64,000 nucleotides of DNA from NCBI GenBank assembly GCA_021962125.1, contig JAGDYQ010000002.1:21050893-21114892 (forward strand). Reading direction: 5' to 3'. The translations under genes and the position numbers were made by a program. The stretch is from Bulinus truncatus (taxonomy: Eukaryota). Of this stretch, positions 1 through 12,605 are shown piece after piece. Every line of letters begins with the position of its first letter. The stretch's first letter is position 1. Below the pieces are notes generated by a model. The model was not told the origin of the DNA. It ran no database searches and saw only the letters and a list, made by a program, of their open reading frames with translations.

Positions 1-2535
1 GTACTTGCTTCTTCAGTTGATGTTTCTGTCGTCTCCACATATGGTGCACTTGCTTCTTCAGTTGATGTTTCTGTCGTCTCCACATATGGTGCACTTGCTT
101 CTTTAGTTGATGTGTCCGTTCTCTCAATATATGGTGTACTTGCTTCTTCAGTTGATGTTTCGTTCGTCTCAACATATTGTGCACTTGCTTCTTCAGTTGA
201 TGTTTCTGTTTTCTCAATAGATGGTGTACTTGCTTCTTCAGTTGATGTTTCTGTCGTCTCCACATATGGTACACTTGCTTCTTCAGTTGATGTTTCTGTT
301 CTCTCAATAGATGGTGTACTTGCTTCTTCAGTTGATGTTTCTGTCGTCTCAATAGATGATGTACTTGCTTCTTCAGTTGATGTTTCTGTCGTCTCCACAT
401 ATGGTGCACTTGCTTCTTCAGTTGATGTTTCTGTTCTCTCAATAGATGGTGTACTTGCTTCTTCAGTTAATGTTTCTGTCGTCTCCACATATGGTGCACT
501 TGCTTCTTCAGTTGATGTTTCTGTTCTCTCAATAGATGGTGTACTTGCTTCTTCAATAGTTTTTTCTGTCGTCTCAATAGATGATGTACTTGCTTCTTCA
601 GTTGATGTTTCTGTTCTCTCAATAGATGGTGTACGTGTTTCTTCAGCTGATGTTTCTGTCGTCTCAATAGATGGTGTACTTGCTTCTTCAGTTAATGTTT
701 CTGTTCTCTCAATAGATGGTGTACTTGCTTCTTCAGTTGATGTTTCTGTTCTCTCAATAGATGGTGTACTTGCTTCTTCAGTTGATGTTTCTGTCGTCTC
801 AATAGATGGTGTACTTGCTTGTTTATTAGTTGTTGCTGTCGTCTCAATAGATGGTGCACTTGCTTCTTCAGTTGATGTTTCTGTTCTCCCAATAGATGGT
901 GTACTTGCTTCTTCAGTTGATGTTTCTGTCGTCTCAATAGATGATGTACTTGCTTCTTCAGTTGATGTTTCTGTCGTCTTCACATATGGTGCACTTGCTT
1001 CTTCAGTTGATGTTTCTGTTCTCTCAATAGATGGTGTACTTGCTTCTTCAGTTGATGTTTCGGTCGTCTCAATAGATGATGTTCTTGCTTCTTCAGTTGA
1101 TGTTTCGTTCGTCTCAACATATGGTGCACTTGCTTCTTCAGTTGATGTTTCTGTCGTCTCAATAGATGTTGTACTTGCTTCTTCAGTTGATGTTTCTGTC
1201 GTCTCAATAGATGTTGTACTTGCTTCTTCATTTGATGCTTCTGTTCTCTCAATAGATGTTGTACTTGCTTCTTCAGTTGATGTTTCTGTCGTCTCAATAG
1301 ATGTTGTACTTGCTTCTTCATTTGGTGCTTCTGTTCTCTCAATAGATGGTGTACTTGCTTCTTCGGTTGATGTTTCTGTCCTCTCAATAGATGGTGTACT
1401 TGCTTCTTCAGTTGATGTTTCCGTTCTTTCAATAGACGGTGTAATTGCTTCTTCAGTTGATGTTTCTGTTCTCTCAATATATGGTGTACTTGCTTCTTCA
1501 GTTAATGCTTCGGTCGTATCAATAGATGGTGTACTTGCTTCTTTAGTTGATGTTTCTGTTCTTTCAATAGATGGTGTATTTGCTTCTTCAGTTGATGTTT
1601 CTGTTCTCTCAATATATGGTGTACTTACTTCTTCAGTTAATGTTTCTGTCGTCTCAATAGATGGTGTACTTGTTCCTCCAGTTGATGTTTTTTTAGTTAT
1701 AGTAACGGATGTGCTTTTTTCTGCTGTTGATGTTTCTGTCGTCTCAATAGATGGTGTACTTGTTATTGTTGATGTTGCTTTTGTTGACACATGTATGTGA
1801 AGACGATTAGTTATCGTAGAGACAGACGGAGATGTAAAATATTCTGCTGAGACAGGTAACACTGCCCTCGATGCAATATTTATTGTTACAGAAGTTGTGG
1901 AAGACAGTGTGGAGACTGTTGGTGTAGATGTAGTCTGCACTGTTTCAGACAGTGTGGACACTGTTGGTGTAGATGTAGTCTGCACTGTTTCAGACAGTGT
2001 GGACACTGTTGGTGTAGATGTAGTCTGCACTGTTTCAGACTGAGTGGAGACTGTTGGTGTAGATGTAGTCTGCACTGTTTCAGACTGAGTGGAGACTGTT
2101 GGTGTAGATGTAGTCTGCACTGTTTCAGACTGAGTGGAGACTGTTATGTAGATGTAGTCTGCACTGTTTCAGACTGAGTGGAGACTGTTGGTGTAGATGT
2201 AGTCTGCACTGTTTCAGACAGTGTGGAGACTGTTGGTGTAGATGTAGTCTGCACTGTTTCAGACTGAGTGGAGACTGTTGGTGTAGATGTAGTCTGCACT
2301 GTTTCAGACTGAGTGGAGACTGTTGGTGTAGATGTAGTCTGCACTGTTTCAGACTGAGTGGAGACTGTTGGTGTAGATGTAGTCTGCACTGTTTCAGACT
2401 GAGTGGAGACTGTTGGTGTATATGCTGTTGTCAATGTTATGATAGATGTTAGGCCAGTGGTCATATAATAGTCGTCTGATGACATTTCTGTTTGAATGTT
2501 ACTTCCCGTCATAGACCCAGTGCTCCACGGTATAT
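1..2535 (-). CDS. Terminal PTS (mucin) exon that continues beyond the window start. It begins DIPWSTGSMTGSNIQTEMSSDDYYMTTGLTSIITLTTAYTP. Then come about 12 copies of the 14-aa repeat TPTVSTQSETVQTTS (42-bp units, about 1900-2410). Then come about 40 copies of the 15-aa repeat TSTEEAS(T/A)P(S/Y)(I/V)E(K/T)TE (45-bp units, 1-1800). The frame is broken by a stop and a 1-bp deletion at about 2144-2148.
   Basis: Acceptor aaaaacag|AT is in phase with the E exon. The minus frame is Ser/Thr/Pro/Glu-rich with no stops over the stretches checked. The frame with codon low-ends at coordinates divisible by 3 (mod-0 frame) below 2141 encodes the same peptide repeat as the frame offset by two (mod-2 frame) above it. 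Confidence 0.55.
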
Positions 2536-3363
2536 CTGTTTTTAAAAAAAAGATCATTCTGTACAGAGATATTTTTTTAGAAAGGATATATCATGAAATA
2601 ATAAAAATTACGATTTAAAAATTATTATTTAATAGTCAAAACCATTAACACTTAATTTACCCACAGGGTAAATTTTAAGAGGGTGCAAGGTACACTGATA
2701 GGGTCTTAGAGTAGCCACTGAGGGGTACTCAGCAGTACACTTGTCCTCATGGAGATGGCGAGAGTATTATGCACAGCCTTGTGCAAGTATCTTTGGTGGG
2801 ACTTTTTGATGGAGTGTGTCAGATGGGAATAAAGAACCTGAAGAGTTGGCCACTTCACAAAGACGCTCACAAAGCACGGCTCTTTGTACGCTTTCAAATG
2901 ATGTCTATGTATAGTGATTTATTTTTGCTTTATTGTCTTTGAAACAACGTTTTTGTTACAGGTGGGCACCTTTATTATTTTTTTTTATAAATGTCAGGAT
3001 CGCCAAAAGATAGAGGGGGTGTGCAAGTTTTACACATGCTAGAGGCCTGTGCACTTTGCGTTCCGACGGGTTGATTCATATGTTATATAGTGAATAGGCA
3101 GTGATTATGTATTTGGGATTAGAGGCGCTCCATTTGGTGGGCATGGTCAGAGGCCCAAGATTAGCGGGGGGGGGGGGGGGGGAGGGTTACCCTTGTATGC
3201 ATATTTTTAGATTTAAGTGTTAGTTTTTCTCATCTAATATGTAACTTAAATATCCAAAAAAAATCAATAATAATAATACTAAAACAAATTGCAGGATTTT
3301 AAAATCAACCTAGGTGTCAACAACAAACAAATGTCCAAACTTTCTCAAGAGGCGGCGTCTTAC

Positions 3364-3452
3364 CACACATGTCCGAGTGGACAACGTTTCCATTTCTGGA
3401 ACACCTCGGGCAGGATCTCCCATTGCACAGCAACTGACCGTTGTCACACGAG
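3364..3452 (-). CDS. Mucin-like gene, module 3 E-like Cys-rich exon (CSCDNGQLLCNGRSCPRCSRNGNVVHSDMC).
   Basis: It is a paralogous pattern to the module 2 E exon (NCQDGRLTCNEKGC..). Acceptor ttccacaag and donor G|gtaaga. Confidence 0.6.
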
Positions 3453-3614
3453 CTTGTGGAATATAAATGTACACGGCATTGACCGTAATAAAAAACAAAA
3501 GGACTAAAATAAACACAGACACGAATACAATAAAAACATAGGCTAGAGTAGGGTTGGCGCATTTTGTGAGGGCCGCATTGGTTTTTAAATTTGACTTAAG
3601 GGCCGGACGATGAT

Positions 3615-3830
3615 GAGATGGGATGGGACAGTGACGTCGCGAGCTTTACTCGCGCCCGGGGCACAATACCTTTTAATACCTTTTTTAGCGCCCCCCCCAT
3701 TCAAAAGCCATATAATATTCTATGTAAAATATATCATACGGCGCCCCTTTGTGAGTAGCGCCCGGAGTTTGATGCCCCCCTTGCCCACCCCTCACCACGC
3801 CTCTGGGGTGGGTCGTTAATATGAAGTAAT
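3615..3830. mobile_element. Short palindromic interspersed repeat family B, copy 1 (gcgagctttactcgcgcccggggcacaatacc ... ggcgcccctttgtgagtagcgcccgg).
   Basis: Homologous to 28655-28835 and 53865-54030. The inverted arms are built around a ccccgggcgc core and flank an AT-rich loop (catataatattatatg). Confidence 0.65.
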
Positions 3831-4019
3831 ATAAATGAAGCTCTTTGGTGTCGGCGTGAGTGAACAGCACAGACAGGATGGAACAGCGGAACAGCTGTAG
3901 TTGGCCCAAGTGTGGGTCCGAAAAAAGCACTTGGATGGACATAAATAATACTAACAATGAATTTACACACAAGCGTGAAAGAAATCAAGAATAGCAGTTA
4001 AATTACCCAATGAAATTCA

Positions 4020-4195
4020 ATACACAAAAATGCATGAATTAATGCACCAACATGAACTAAAGGGCAAGCATGAGCTAAAGTGAAAGCATTAATTAATGCG
4101 CAAACATGAACTAATGCACAAACATAAGCTAATGCGTAAGCATGTACTAATGCATAAACATGAACTAATGAGCAAGGGTGGGATGATAACAACAA
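4020..4195. repeat. Degenerate tandem repeat based on a (c)atgaactaatgc(a/g)caa(a/g)c unit.
   Basis: Visible periodicity. Confidence 0.7.
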
Positions 4196-4340
4196 CATTA
4201 TAAAAATAAGCTAATAATAAAAAGAATATTTAATTAGAAACAAACATGGAATAATGCAAAGTAACATGCATTAATCATATAAACATAGAACAATAAACAA
4301 CGAAGGGAAACAATTAACAATACCATAACCATCAACATAC

Positions 4341-4434
4341 CAATGTGAGCAGTCCACTGGGGGCATTGACCCAGTCTGAGTTAGTCTCGTGACGTCATAG
4401 CAAGCGCAGTCACTCTGGGGTATACAGTTGGATC
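4341..4434 (-). CDS. Mucin-like gene, module 3 TIL exon b (GSNCIPQSDCACYDVTRLTQTGSMPPVDCSH).
   Basis: It supplies the CI....C.C...tail..DC..(W/C) portion seen at the end of the single-exon TILs of modules 1 and 2. Acceptor cttcttag and donor TG|gtatgt. Phase 1 in and phase 2 out exactly bridge its neighbours. Confidence 0.6.
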
Positions 4435-5799
4435 CTAAGAAGTGATAAATAATTTAACCTTTCACAATATGAAAGATTATCTCCTAGACATCTGTCATAT
4501 TACATTTAACAGAAAATATCTACGTATAATGATAGATGGAAATTTCTGAATGTTTGTCTGTTGAAACATCAAATAAAATAAAACAACCCAACTAAATCAC
4601 TATTTTTGTTTCTTGACTAGACAATATTGCTAAAAAATAGACCACTTTCGGGGACAAGGTGTAATAAGTGCGCCTGGTCATTCTCAGAAACAATCATTTA
4701 TCCAATGGCGTAATGAATTTTTTTTCGAACATTTTTAAGAATTTCTTCTTTATGAAGAATTTTTCGATTTAATTATTGAGAAAAACTATTACTTATTACA
4801 TCTAAAACTATTTATTTAAAAAAAAATAATTAAAGAGCAATAAGAGCTGGAGATTATTTCTACACAACAGGTAGGTGTCGTGAATTGGCACCCATTTCTG
4901 TACCTCAACTAGACGACTAATAATATAGGGCAGTGGGGGTCGAACCTATGCCCCAGTTGGCACGCAGAACCCCATCAGTCGGCACGCGACTAACATATCA
5001 TTTCCTTTAATTTTAGCACCTTATTATAAATAAGTGGCTTTTACGGTTGAATTTCGGGGCAAGTGGTCCCAAAAAGTTTAGCCACCTCTGATAGAAGGTA
5101 TACGCATTAAAAAAAAAGTTTCATGTGTCACTTTAAGTGACACATAGGACTTCCCGCGCAACTCAGCTAGCGTTTAATATGACATCAAATATTGTATATA
5201 AGTTGTAAAGAAATGTGAATTATTCAAATTATTATGGGTACACAGCTAGCGTTTAATATGACATCAAATATTGTATATAAGTTGTAAAGAAATGTAAATT
5301 ATTCAAATAAACCTAACTTAATGAATTATATTTATATACAAGAATACATGAGTTTATAATTTATGAATATTATATGTCACAGATTGACTGTGTGTGCGTG
5401 TGTGTGTGCGTGTGTGTGTGTGTGTGCAGGGGAGAGCACCAGCGTGTAACTGGAGACTGAGTGGTGCGTCGCGTGTCTGTGTGTGTAGTTAACGTTCAGT
5501 TGTTGGAACGAAAAGTCGTGTGATACACCTGGTATGCGAGATCGTGCGAATATAGTGTCATTGGTACATCGTATTCAAGTGGTCGATTAAAGATTTTAGT
5601 ATTTCATCTCAAAATTGGAGTCGGTGTTTTGTGTGTCACCTAAGATGTTGTGTTGTTATTTCTAATTACCCTAGATATAAGGTGCAAATGATAATGACTA
5701 GATGATAAAATGAGTCACATGGATATGGACAGTATATGACTTCATGACCTATAACTGCATAACACCCAGTTACATGTTATGGGTCTCACCGTTCCAGAC

Positions 5800-5938
5800 G
5801 AGGTCACTGGGGCAGAAGCACCCCTCCACGTCCAGAGTCCTGCGGCAGCTGGTCACGTTACGGGCCAAGTCAGCGCATGTCCGGTGGCAGGGTGACCCTT
5901 TAGCCTGGTACACCATACCCCCCTCACACTGGACAGCT
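5800..5938 (-). CDS. Mucin-like gene, module 3 TIL exon a (PVQCEGGMVYQAKGSPCHRTCADLARNVTSCRRTLDVEGCFCPSDLVWNG).
   Basis: The N-terminal two-thirds of the TIL Cys pattern is present. Acceptor ccccacag and donor G|gtgaga. An in-frame stop follows if read through. Confidence 0.65.
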
Positions 5939-5974
5939 GTGGGGGGGGGGGGAACAAATTTTCATTACGTAGTA

Positions 5975-6250
5975 AAGAGATGTAAGAAGTTAAAAAGGAA
6001 TCAGTAAAGAGATGTAAGAAGATAAAAAGGAATCAGTAAAGAGATGTAAGAAGTTAAAAAGGAATCAGTAAAGAGACGTAAGAAGTTAAAAAGGAATCAG
6101 AAAAGAGATGTAAGAAGTTAAAAAGAAATCAGTAAAGAGATGTAAGAAGTTAAAAAGGAATCAGTAAAGAGATGTAAGAAGTTAAAAAGGAATCAGTAAA
6201 GAGATGTAAGAAGTTAAAAAGGAATCCGTAAAGAGATGTAAGAAGTTAAA
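5975..6250. repeat. Minisatellite of about 9 copies of a 31-bp unit (cagtaaagagatgtaagaagttaaaaaggaat), intronic.
   Basis: Direct tandem copies are visible. Confidence 0.9.
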
Positions 6251-6886
6251 AAAAAAGGATTTACTACCAGTGCTTTTTTTTTGTGACGGTACGCACCGGT
6301 ACGGCGTACCGGCACCTTTTTCAATGTGTGGGGGGGGGGGATTATTACTTTTTTTTGTATATTAACGTTTATTATTAATTTATTATATTATTAATTTGTT
6401 AAAATTGAATTATTTTAAAATTGTGCGCAATAAGAACTAAACTAGACGCTGGGTTTTAGTTAAAATTTAGGCAATCAATCCATCACTGAGTACTGTGAGT
6501 ACAAGCACCTATTTTTTTTTTTTTGTACAAAAAAAAAAGCACTGTTTACTAGTAATGTTTTTCACCTATTAAAAATTGTTTTTTTTTTTTAAAATTTAGT
6601 GTGTGTCTAACGAAAGTTTTAATGTGTTGAAACGAAGATTTATAAATATGTGTACAGCATTAGAGAAATGAAGAAATGTTGAAGCAGTGAAATAAAGTGT
6701 AGCACCGTTAAATCTTGATAAACTGAATGTGTATTTTTTTTTTTATAAACAAACGAATGAATAAACAAACAAACAATCAACTCTTCGATTACTTACATGC
6801 GTGGCCACACAAACACCCCTGGTATATATTTAATTTATCGATTAAGATGGGGGGGAAGGAAGGGGAGGGGTGTGGGACAATATAGT

Positions 6887-7005
6887 CCAACTTACGGCAA
6901 AGTTGCTGACGTCTCCATTTTGTGGGAAAACCCACAGCAGCGCAGGAGGAAGCGAAGAAAGCAATGGAGTCACACAGGCACTCGCAGTCACCACCCCTAT
7001 CACAG
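6887..7005 (-). CDS. Mucin-like gene, module 3 C8 exon b (SCDRGGDCECLCDSIAFFASSCAAVGFPTKWRRQQLC).
   Basis: The C8 signature C..GGDCEC.C......A..C...G....WR....C is present. Acceptor ttattccag and donor C|gtaagt. Confidence 0.65.
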
Positions 7006-7024
7006 CTGGAATAACGTAATGTTT

Positions 7025-7290
7025 GATTGTGTAGGTATAAGTTGATGATTGTGTAGATAGATGCATGTTGATGATTGTGTAGATATAAGTTGATGATTCT
7101 GCAGAAATAATTTGATGATTGTGTAGATATAAGTTGATGATTGTGTAGATATAAGTTGACTATTCTGCAGATATAATTTGATGATTGTGTAGATATAAGT
7201 TGAAGATTCTGCAGAAATAATTTGATCATTGTGTAGATATAAGTTGATGATTGTATAGATATAAGTTGAGGATTGTGTAGATATAAGTTG
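7025..7290. repeat. Minisatellite of roughly 30-bp units (ttgatgattgtgtagatataag), intronic.
   Basis: Direct tandem copies. Confidence 0.85.
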
Positions 7291-7374
7291 ATGGTTGAAT
7301 AACGAGCAGTTCTTACGATTCTTGGGGGGGGGGGGGTTCTTCATGTTAAGAAAAGGAAGGGGAGTAGTCACTCA

Positions 7375-7515
7375 CCTGCAAGCATTCTCCTTACAGTCAC
7401 TGAAGAACCGATTGATGTTCGCCTGGGGCATAGCACGCCGGCACGACTGGAATGTTTCGGAGGTCGTGATGACACCACACCTGGAGTTGGCCCACGTGGC
7501 TCTCTCAGAATGTTT
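7375..7515 (-). CDS. Mucin-like gene, module 3 C8 exon a (KHSERATWANSRCGVITTSETFQSCRRAMPQANINRFFSDCKENAC).
   Basis: The C8 N-terminal half is present. An in-frame TAG lies immediately upstream of the acceptor tctag. Donor AG|gtgagt. Confidence 0.6.
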
Positions 7516-7980
7516 CTAGACTCGTTGAAAAAAAATATAAATTGTGAGAAGTTCCCGATGTTAAGGGAATTAAGGTAAACAAAAGGTGTCACATAGACTA
7601 ATTATATGACATTTCATGTAATTAGTTGACATTTAAAGTAATAAAATCACATTGGAATCAATGTGATGCCTTTTAAAACCTAAATGAAATAAGGTTAACA
7701 TTTAAACCAATACAATAACATTTAAACCAATACAATAAGATATACACTTTTGTGAAGCCATTTAAGCTAATAGGATAACCTTTAAACCCACCAGTAGATA
7801 TTAATGCTAAGATGACATTTAAACTAATGAATTGATGTTTACACTTGTGTGATGTAGATGAAACTGCTTTGTATATTTGATATTTTTCTAATAAAATTGT
7901 CTCGCAAAAAATCAAATCAAACGTTTACATCAAACTTAAAAAAAAAAAAAACTTTGGTGAGTTTTAATATTCCACATACT

Positions 7981-8158
7981 TGACATGGAGGAGTCGATAA
8001 GTCGAAGTCGGAGTCGGAGCAAGTGGCTCCATCCTCGATCCATGACGTCACAAAGCTCCGGATGTTGCTGTCCAGTGAGTGGTCGGGCCTGACCAGGTCG
8101 TTGATGGAGTTGTTGTCGTAGTTCCCGCACAGACCTTCCAGCTTCTTGAACCATCGGT
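7981..8158 (-). CDS. Mucin-like gene, module 3 vWD exon c (DRWFKKLEGLCGNYDNNSINDLVRPDHSLDSNIRSFVTSWIEDGATCSDSDFDLSTPPCQ).
   Basis: The motif GLCGNYDNN..ND is followed by F..SW......C. Acceptor caagtgtcag and donor CAA|gtatgt. Confidence 0.7.
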
Positions 8159-8733
8159 CTGACACTTGAATTCTGGTGAAGAGACCTTCAGAAACACAAC
8201 AGCAAAGAATGAGTTAAGCCCACAGTTCTCAACCGGTGATGCGAGTACCCCCGAAGGGTATGGGAATCGTTATGCACGAGGTACGCAGCGACATATATAG
8301 TTTGCATTAAAAATAAACCCAGAGCTTGAAGGTTGCTAGTTTGGTGCATGACCCGCGGACATACTTTCGGACCCTTTGGGCAGGGCCGCTTTATCATATA
8401 GGCACAGTAGGCACTGTGCTTAGGGCCTACGGACTTTTCAAGGGCCTACGAAAGCCAGAATGGCAAATAAGTGCCGGTGCATTCTTGAAAAATATTAAAA
8501 AATGTAATCGGGGAGGGCAGATCCGATTTTTTCATGTTTGTATTTTTAACTGGAATACTGTTGTATTAATTCTTTAATTTCGATTTAACGCAGAACCCAT
8601 ATCTCTTTTATTTTATTAGATTATTTACATATATAATTCTTTTTTTTTCTTTTGGTTTTTATATAGATTGTGCATATTGTAAGTCTAATTTCGATCAGAA
8701 ACCAATGATGATGACAAACTCAGAATCTCCTAC

Positions 8734-8961
8734 CTCCTGTCCAGTACACAGAAATATCTTCAAAAGAGACCACCGTGTACAGAGTGGACGAGAAGACTCG
8801 AAAATTTCCTAGTTCTGGACTCTGGTCAGCGAAGTACGTCCTGTTGCCCGCCACAACCCCCAGTTCCTTGTTCAACTGTATGTTCTGGTCCTTGTACTGG
8901 ATGTCGATCTGGTGGGAGCAGGATGACCCCGTTGACCCACAGGCCCAGTTCTTGACACTGA
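8734..8961 (-). CDS. Mucin-like gene, module 3 vWD exon b (VSVKNWACGSTGSSCSHQIDIQYKDQNIQLNKELGVVAGNRTYFADQSPELGNFRVFSSTLYTVVSFEDISVYWTG).
   Basis: The vWD core has the paired Cys and a VNG-like segment. Acceptor gacgcag and donor G|gtagga. Confidence 0.6.
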
Positions 8962-9804
8962 CCTGCGTCCAACATTAATCAGTGTCATAAAACTTAAATA
9001 TTTGCGTGCATTTATAACTGTCGTAGATATATTTGTGTTTTTGTTGAACTTTTCACGTGTTGTGTGTGATCGTGAAGAGTGAGTGGGTGACAGGTCAGAA
9101 GTAAAAAGATAAGGTGATTGGCTGAGGTGGTCAGATGACAAGGGGTGGACCATGATGTCGAAAGTGGAAGGATGATGACGGTGGAGTTGCTGGAGAGATA
9201 TGATACTTAGTGGTGGATTACGCTGTGTTGATGGATTCTTTTTATTATTATTAGTAGTAGTACTGTTATAGGTATAACAAATGTTGACCATGTATCTCTC
9301 GTTGACTAAATGTGTGAGTGAATGGTGGCAAGCACTGGACATGACAGTTTAAAGTTATGACGAAATAACTATATCTTTTTTGTTGACTTTTGTCTTTAAA
9401 GGTAAACACAATCAATTAGTATTGTCAGCGTACATGGTATACTATTATGGTATATTCCAGAGTTATTAGTATGGATAAACTAGGCGAAACCAGGGGTGAT
9501 CATTTCAATATGTGGGCCACATTAGGTTCTTAAGTTTGAAAGTAAGAGTTAGGTAAATTGGTTGAGTGTTTGTATATACATTAATATAAACTGAACGTTA
9601 AAGTAATAGATGTAAGCAAGAGAAAAAGAGAATTGCATGGCACGGATCAACATCAAACAGCGTGTCGGGCCGTATATCCCGTGGGTCCTAGTTCGCCCAT
9701 GTCTGGGCTAGGGTAAGAGGACCCCCTGGCAGTGCTAATTTGTGCCATATCTAATAACATAAAGTCGTGTACTCGCGATTAGCTAAATTTTGCTTATATT
9801 CTTT

Positions 9805-10650
9805 TTTTTTTAGAGCATTTTCGAAAAAAAATGCTCTATTGTCCCCGTTTTGTCTGTCTGTCCGTCTGTCCGTCATCACCCTAGATCTCAACAACCATAA
9901 GTCCTAGACCCATGATGTATATATCATTTTGTAGGTCTTGGCCTGCCAGGAAATGACTTTTTTCCATTTCGCGATCGACCTCTCAGGGCCGTAAAAGGGG
10001 CCTTAGTACCGTTTTTTACTATATAAGCTATATTAATAAAGAGCGCCTATATCTCAACAACCATAAGTCCTAGACCCATGATGTATATATCATTTTGTAG
10101 GTCTTGGCCTGCCAAGTGTACATCAAAAGTTTATTTCGCGATAGGACCTCTGAGGGCCGGGCTTCAGGGCTCCTAAGGGGCTTATATATTATATATACAC
10201 CTTGTACGTTCAATAACCCGTTCATTTGGTGCGAAATACTGCAGCACGTAGTTTCACCAAGATTTATTAAGAAACTCATCAAATGAAATAGTAAGCTTGT
10301 GTTCTGAGTTTAATTGAAAGTATCAGAGCTATGCAACAATTGACGGAGATTTCGGACGATTAAATGACTACAATTTCGAATGTTTTCAATTATGAGTCCT
10401 ATTTCAGTAACCACAAACCACTTGTAGTTAGATTTAAGAGAAAATAATTTTTCTTTTCAAATATAAAGAAACGTCTTTATAATATTTTTTTTTCAGATAT
10501 ATGCATTACACAATTGAATTTATAAACATTTCCAAAATTTACAAATATTTACTTAAAGCTAACAAACGTACTGATACATAACATGAAAATGCGCTAACAC
10601 ATCCTGTGTCCAGAATGGAACAGGCTTAATTGCTTGTTTTTACTCATTTC
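9805..10650 (+). mobile_element. Interspersed repeat of about 845 bp, family A, copy 1, in the intron between the module 3 vWD exons a and b. It begins with the palindrome agagcattttcgaaaaaaaatgctct followed by (gtct)n, and contains an internal 65-bp direct duplication.
   Basis: It aligns end to end at about 90 percent identity with 38135-38975 and partly with 63095-63450. Confidence 0.75.
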
Positions 10651-10904
10651 TGTATATTGAATAACTCTAAAATATTCATAAGATCATCAGGTCTTCACAG
10701 GCAGACACCAGAGCCGTCAATTAGAGGCATTTCCTAGCCTCCCCCCCCCCCATCACCAGACAACATCTGTACCAGGGACATCAGTAACCTTATGACGGCT
10801 CCATTGTAACCATTTCTCAGAAATGAAAAAAGTAAAATCACAGTCTGAATGGAAGTCACAGTCACAAAGTCCCACAGGTGGACGTACTAACTGTCCCACT
10901 CACC

Positions 10905-11025
10905 TTGACGTAGGCATCGTATCCGCTTGACTTCATCAGTGTGTACGGGCAGTGACCAAAGAAGCTTAGGCTGCTACCATCAAAGGTCACAACTCGCATC
11001 AATGTCCCCAATATGTAGCACGAGG
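10905..11025 (-). CDS. Mucin-like gene, module 3 vWD exon a (ASCYILGTLMRVVTFDGSSLSFFGHCPYTLMKSSGYDAYVK).
   Basis: The vWD start signature C.....TFDG..F.F.G.C.Y.L is present. Acceptor ttcccatag and donor AAG|gtgagt. Confidence 0.7.
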
Positions 11026-11689
11026 CTATGGGAATAGAGCGAGACACGAGTTTTGTCCATTTTTAAAGTAAGACCAAGCCACAAAATATGTCAGTGTCTG
11101 TCAGGTAAATGTGTCAATGTTAGGTCAAGTGACGGACACATTAGTCAATGTAACATCAAGTGATGTGCGCATCACACTGTTAAATCAGATGATGGACACA
11201 TTTGTCAGTATTAAATCAGGTCATGGACACATTTGTCAATGTTGTCAACTGAAACATGCCAAGTGAGACTTAAACTACGTCAATGTTTTGTCATGTCAGT
11301 CAATATTTTTCTTTTCTACTCTATTTCAAATGAGCGAGACACAGATAAAGACAAAAAGACTCTTCTTGCACATGTTCAAATATCCCACCTAGACAGTCTG
11401 GCGTTCTCTCGATCTTCTGCCACTGGCTGTTGTTACATCGGCTGTAGACAAACGCGGAAATTGTGGTGAAAATACATTTTCAATGAATTAAAAGAGTGTA
11501 AATCTTGTGTTGCCATGGCGAAATCGTTTTATTCTAATATACTATATTAACTGTTTTTTAATCATTTTGATTTTAAACATAACTTGGCCATGCAATTTAT
11601 TTTTCATCAACACACTTAATTTGGCATCTGTTATATTCAGCGACATACATTTCTTTCCATTCAGTTTATATAACACTTGTTGAGCCTGT

Positions 11690-11880
11690 TATATTTCATG
11701 TACTTACTTAATGTTACACCTGACTGTTATATTTCATGTACTTACTTAATGTTACACCTGATTGTTATATTTCATGTACTTACTTAATGTTACACCTGAC
11801 TGTTATATTTCATGTATGTACTTAATGTTACACCTGACTGTTATATTTCATGTACTTACTTAATGTTACACCTGACTGTT
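11690..11880. repeat. Tandem repeat of roughly 43-bp units (ctgttatatttcatgtacttacttaatgttacacctga), about 4.5 copies.
   Basis: Direct tandem copies. Confidence 0.85.
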
Positions 11881-12229
11881 ATGTAAGATCCATGGTCGTG
11901 CCAAACGTCGTTATAAAAACATGGACACATGCCAGTTGGAACACAGAGACCCTCCTGGAAACAATTAGTTTGAAATATATCTTTTTAAAATTCAGGCGAT
12001 GAAATAAACAACGAAACAATAGCAGATATCAGTTAAACATCAATATTTCGCTGACGCTTAAATGTTTTTTTTTTGCTTTGTGAAATAAGCAATAACAACA
12101 AAAGTGTATCTATTGTGAAAAACAGACTCACACACAAACGTGCGCTCACAGTCATACATACACACGTACAGGCACATACATATGCAGAAAAATACAAAGA
12201 TGCAAATACACAGATGCAAAACATGCAGC

Positions 12230-12605
12230 CATAAACACCTAGCCAGAAACGCACAGACAGAAACAACCAGACACAAACACCCACACACAAATGCCCAGAC
12301 ACAAACACCCACACACAAATGCCCAGACACAAACACCCGGACACAAACGCCCAGACACAAACACCCGGACACAAACGCCCATACACAAACAACCAGACAC
12401 AAACACCCAGACATAAACAACCAGACACAAACACCCGGACACAAATCCCCGGACACAAACACGCAGACACAAACCCCCAGACACAAACACCCGAACACAA
12501 ACCCCCAGACACAAACCCCCAGACACAAACAACCAGACACAAACACCCGAACACAAACACCCAGACACAAACAACCAGACACAAACACCCAGACACAGAC
12601 ATCTG
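12230..12605. repeat. Minisatellite of about 18 copies of a 21-bp unit (acacaaacacccagacacaaa).
   Basis: Direct tandem copies. This explains the overlapping ORFs at 12033-12696 on both strands. Confidence 0.9.

Noticed and set aside
112-1800. A 562-aa ORF on the plus strand (VLASSVDVSVVSIDG.. repeats).
   Set aside because: It exists only because the 45-bp tandem unit is a multiple of 3. The opposite strand joins in phase to the upstream E exon via the acceptor at 2535 and encodes a mucin-like S/T/E/P-rich peptide. The minus strand is therefore the far more plausible coding strand.
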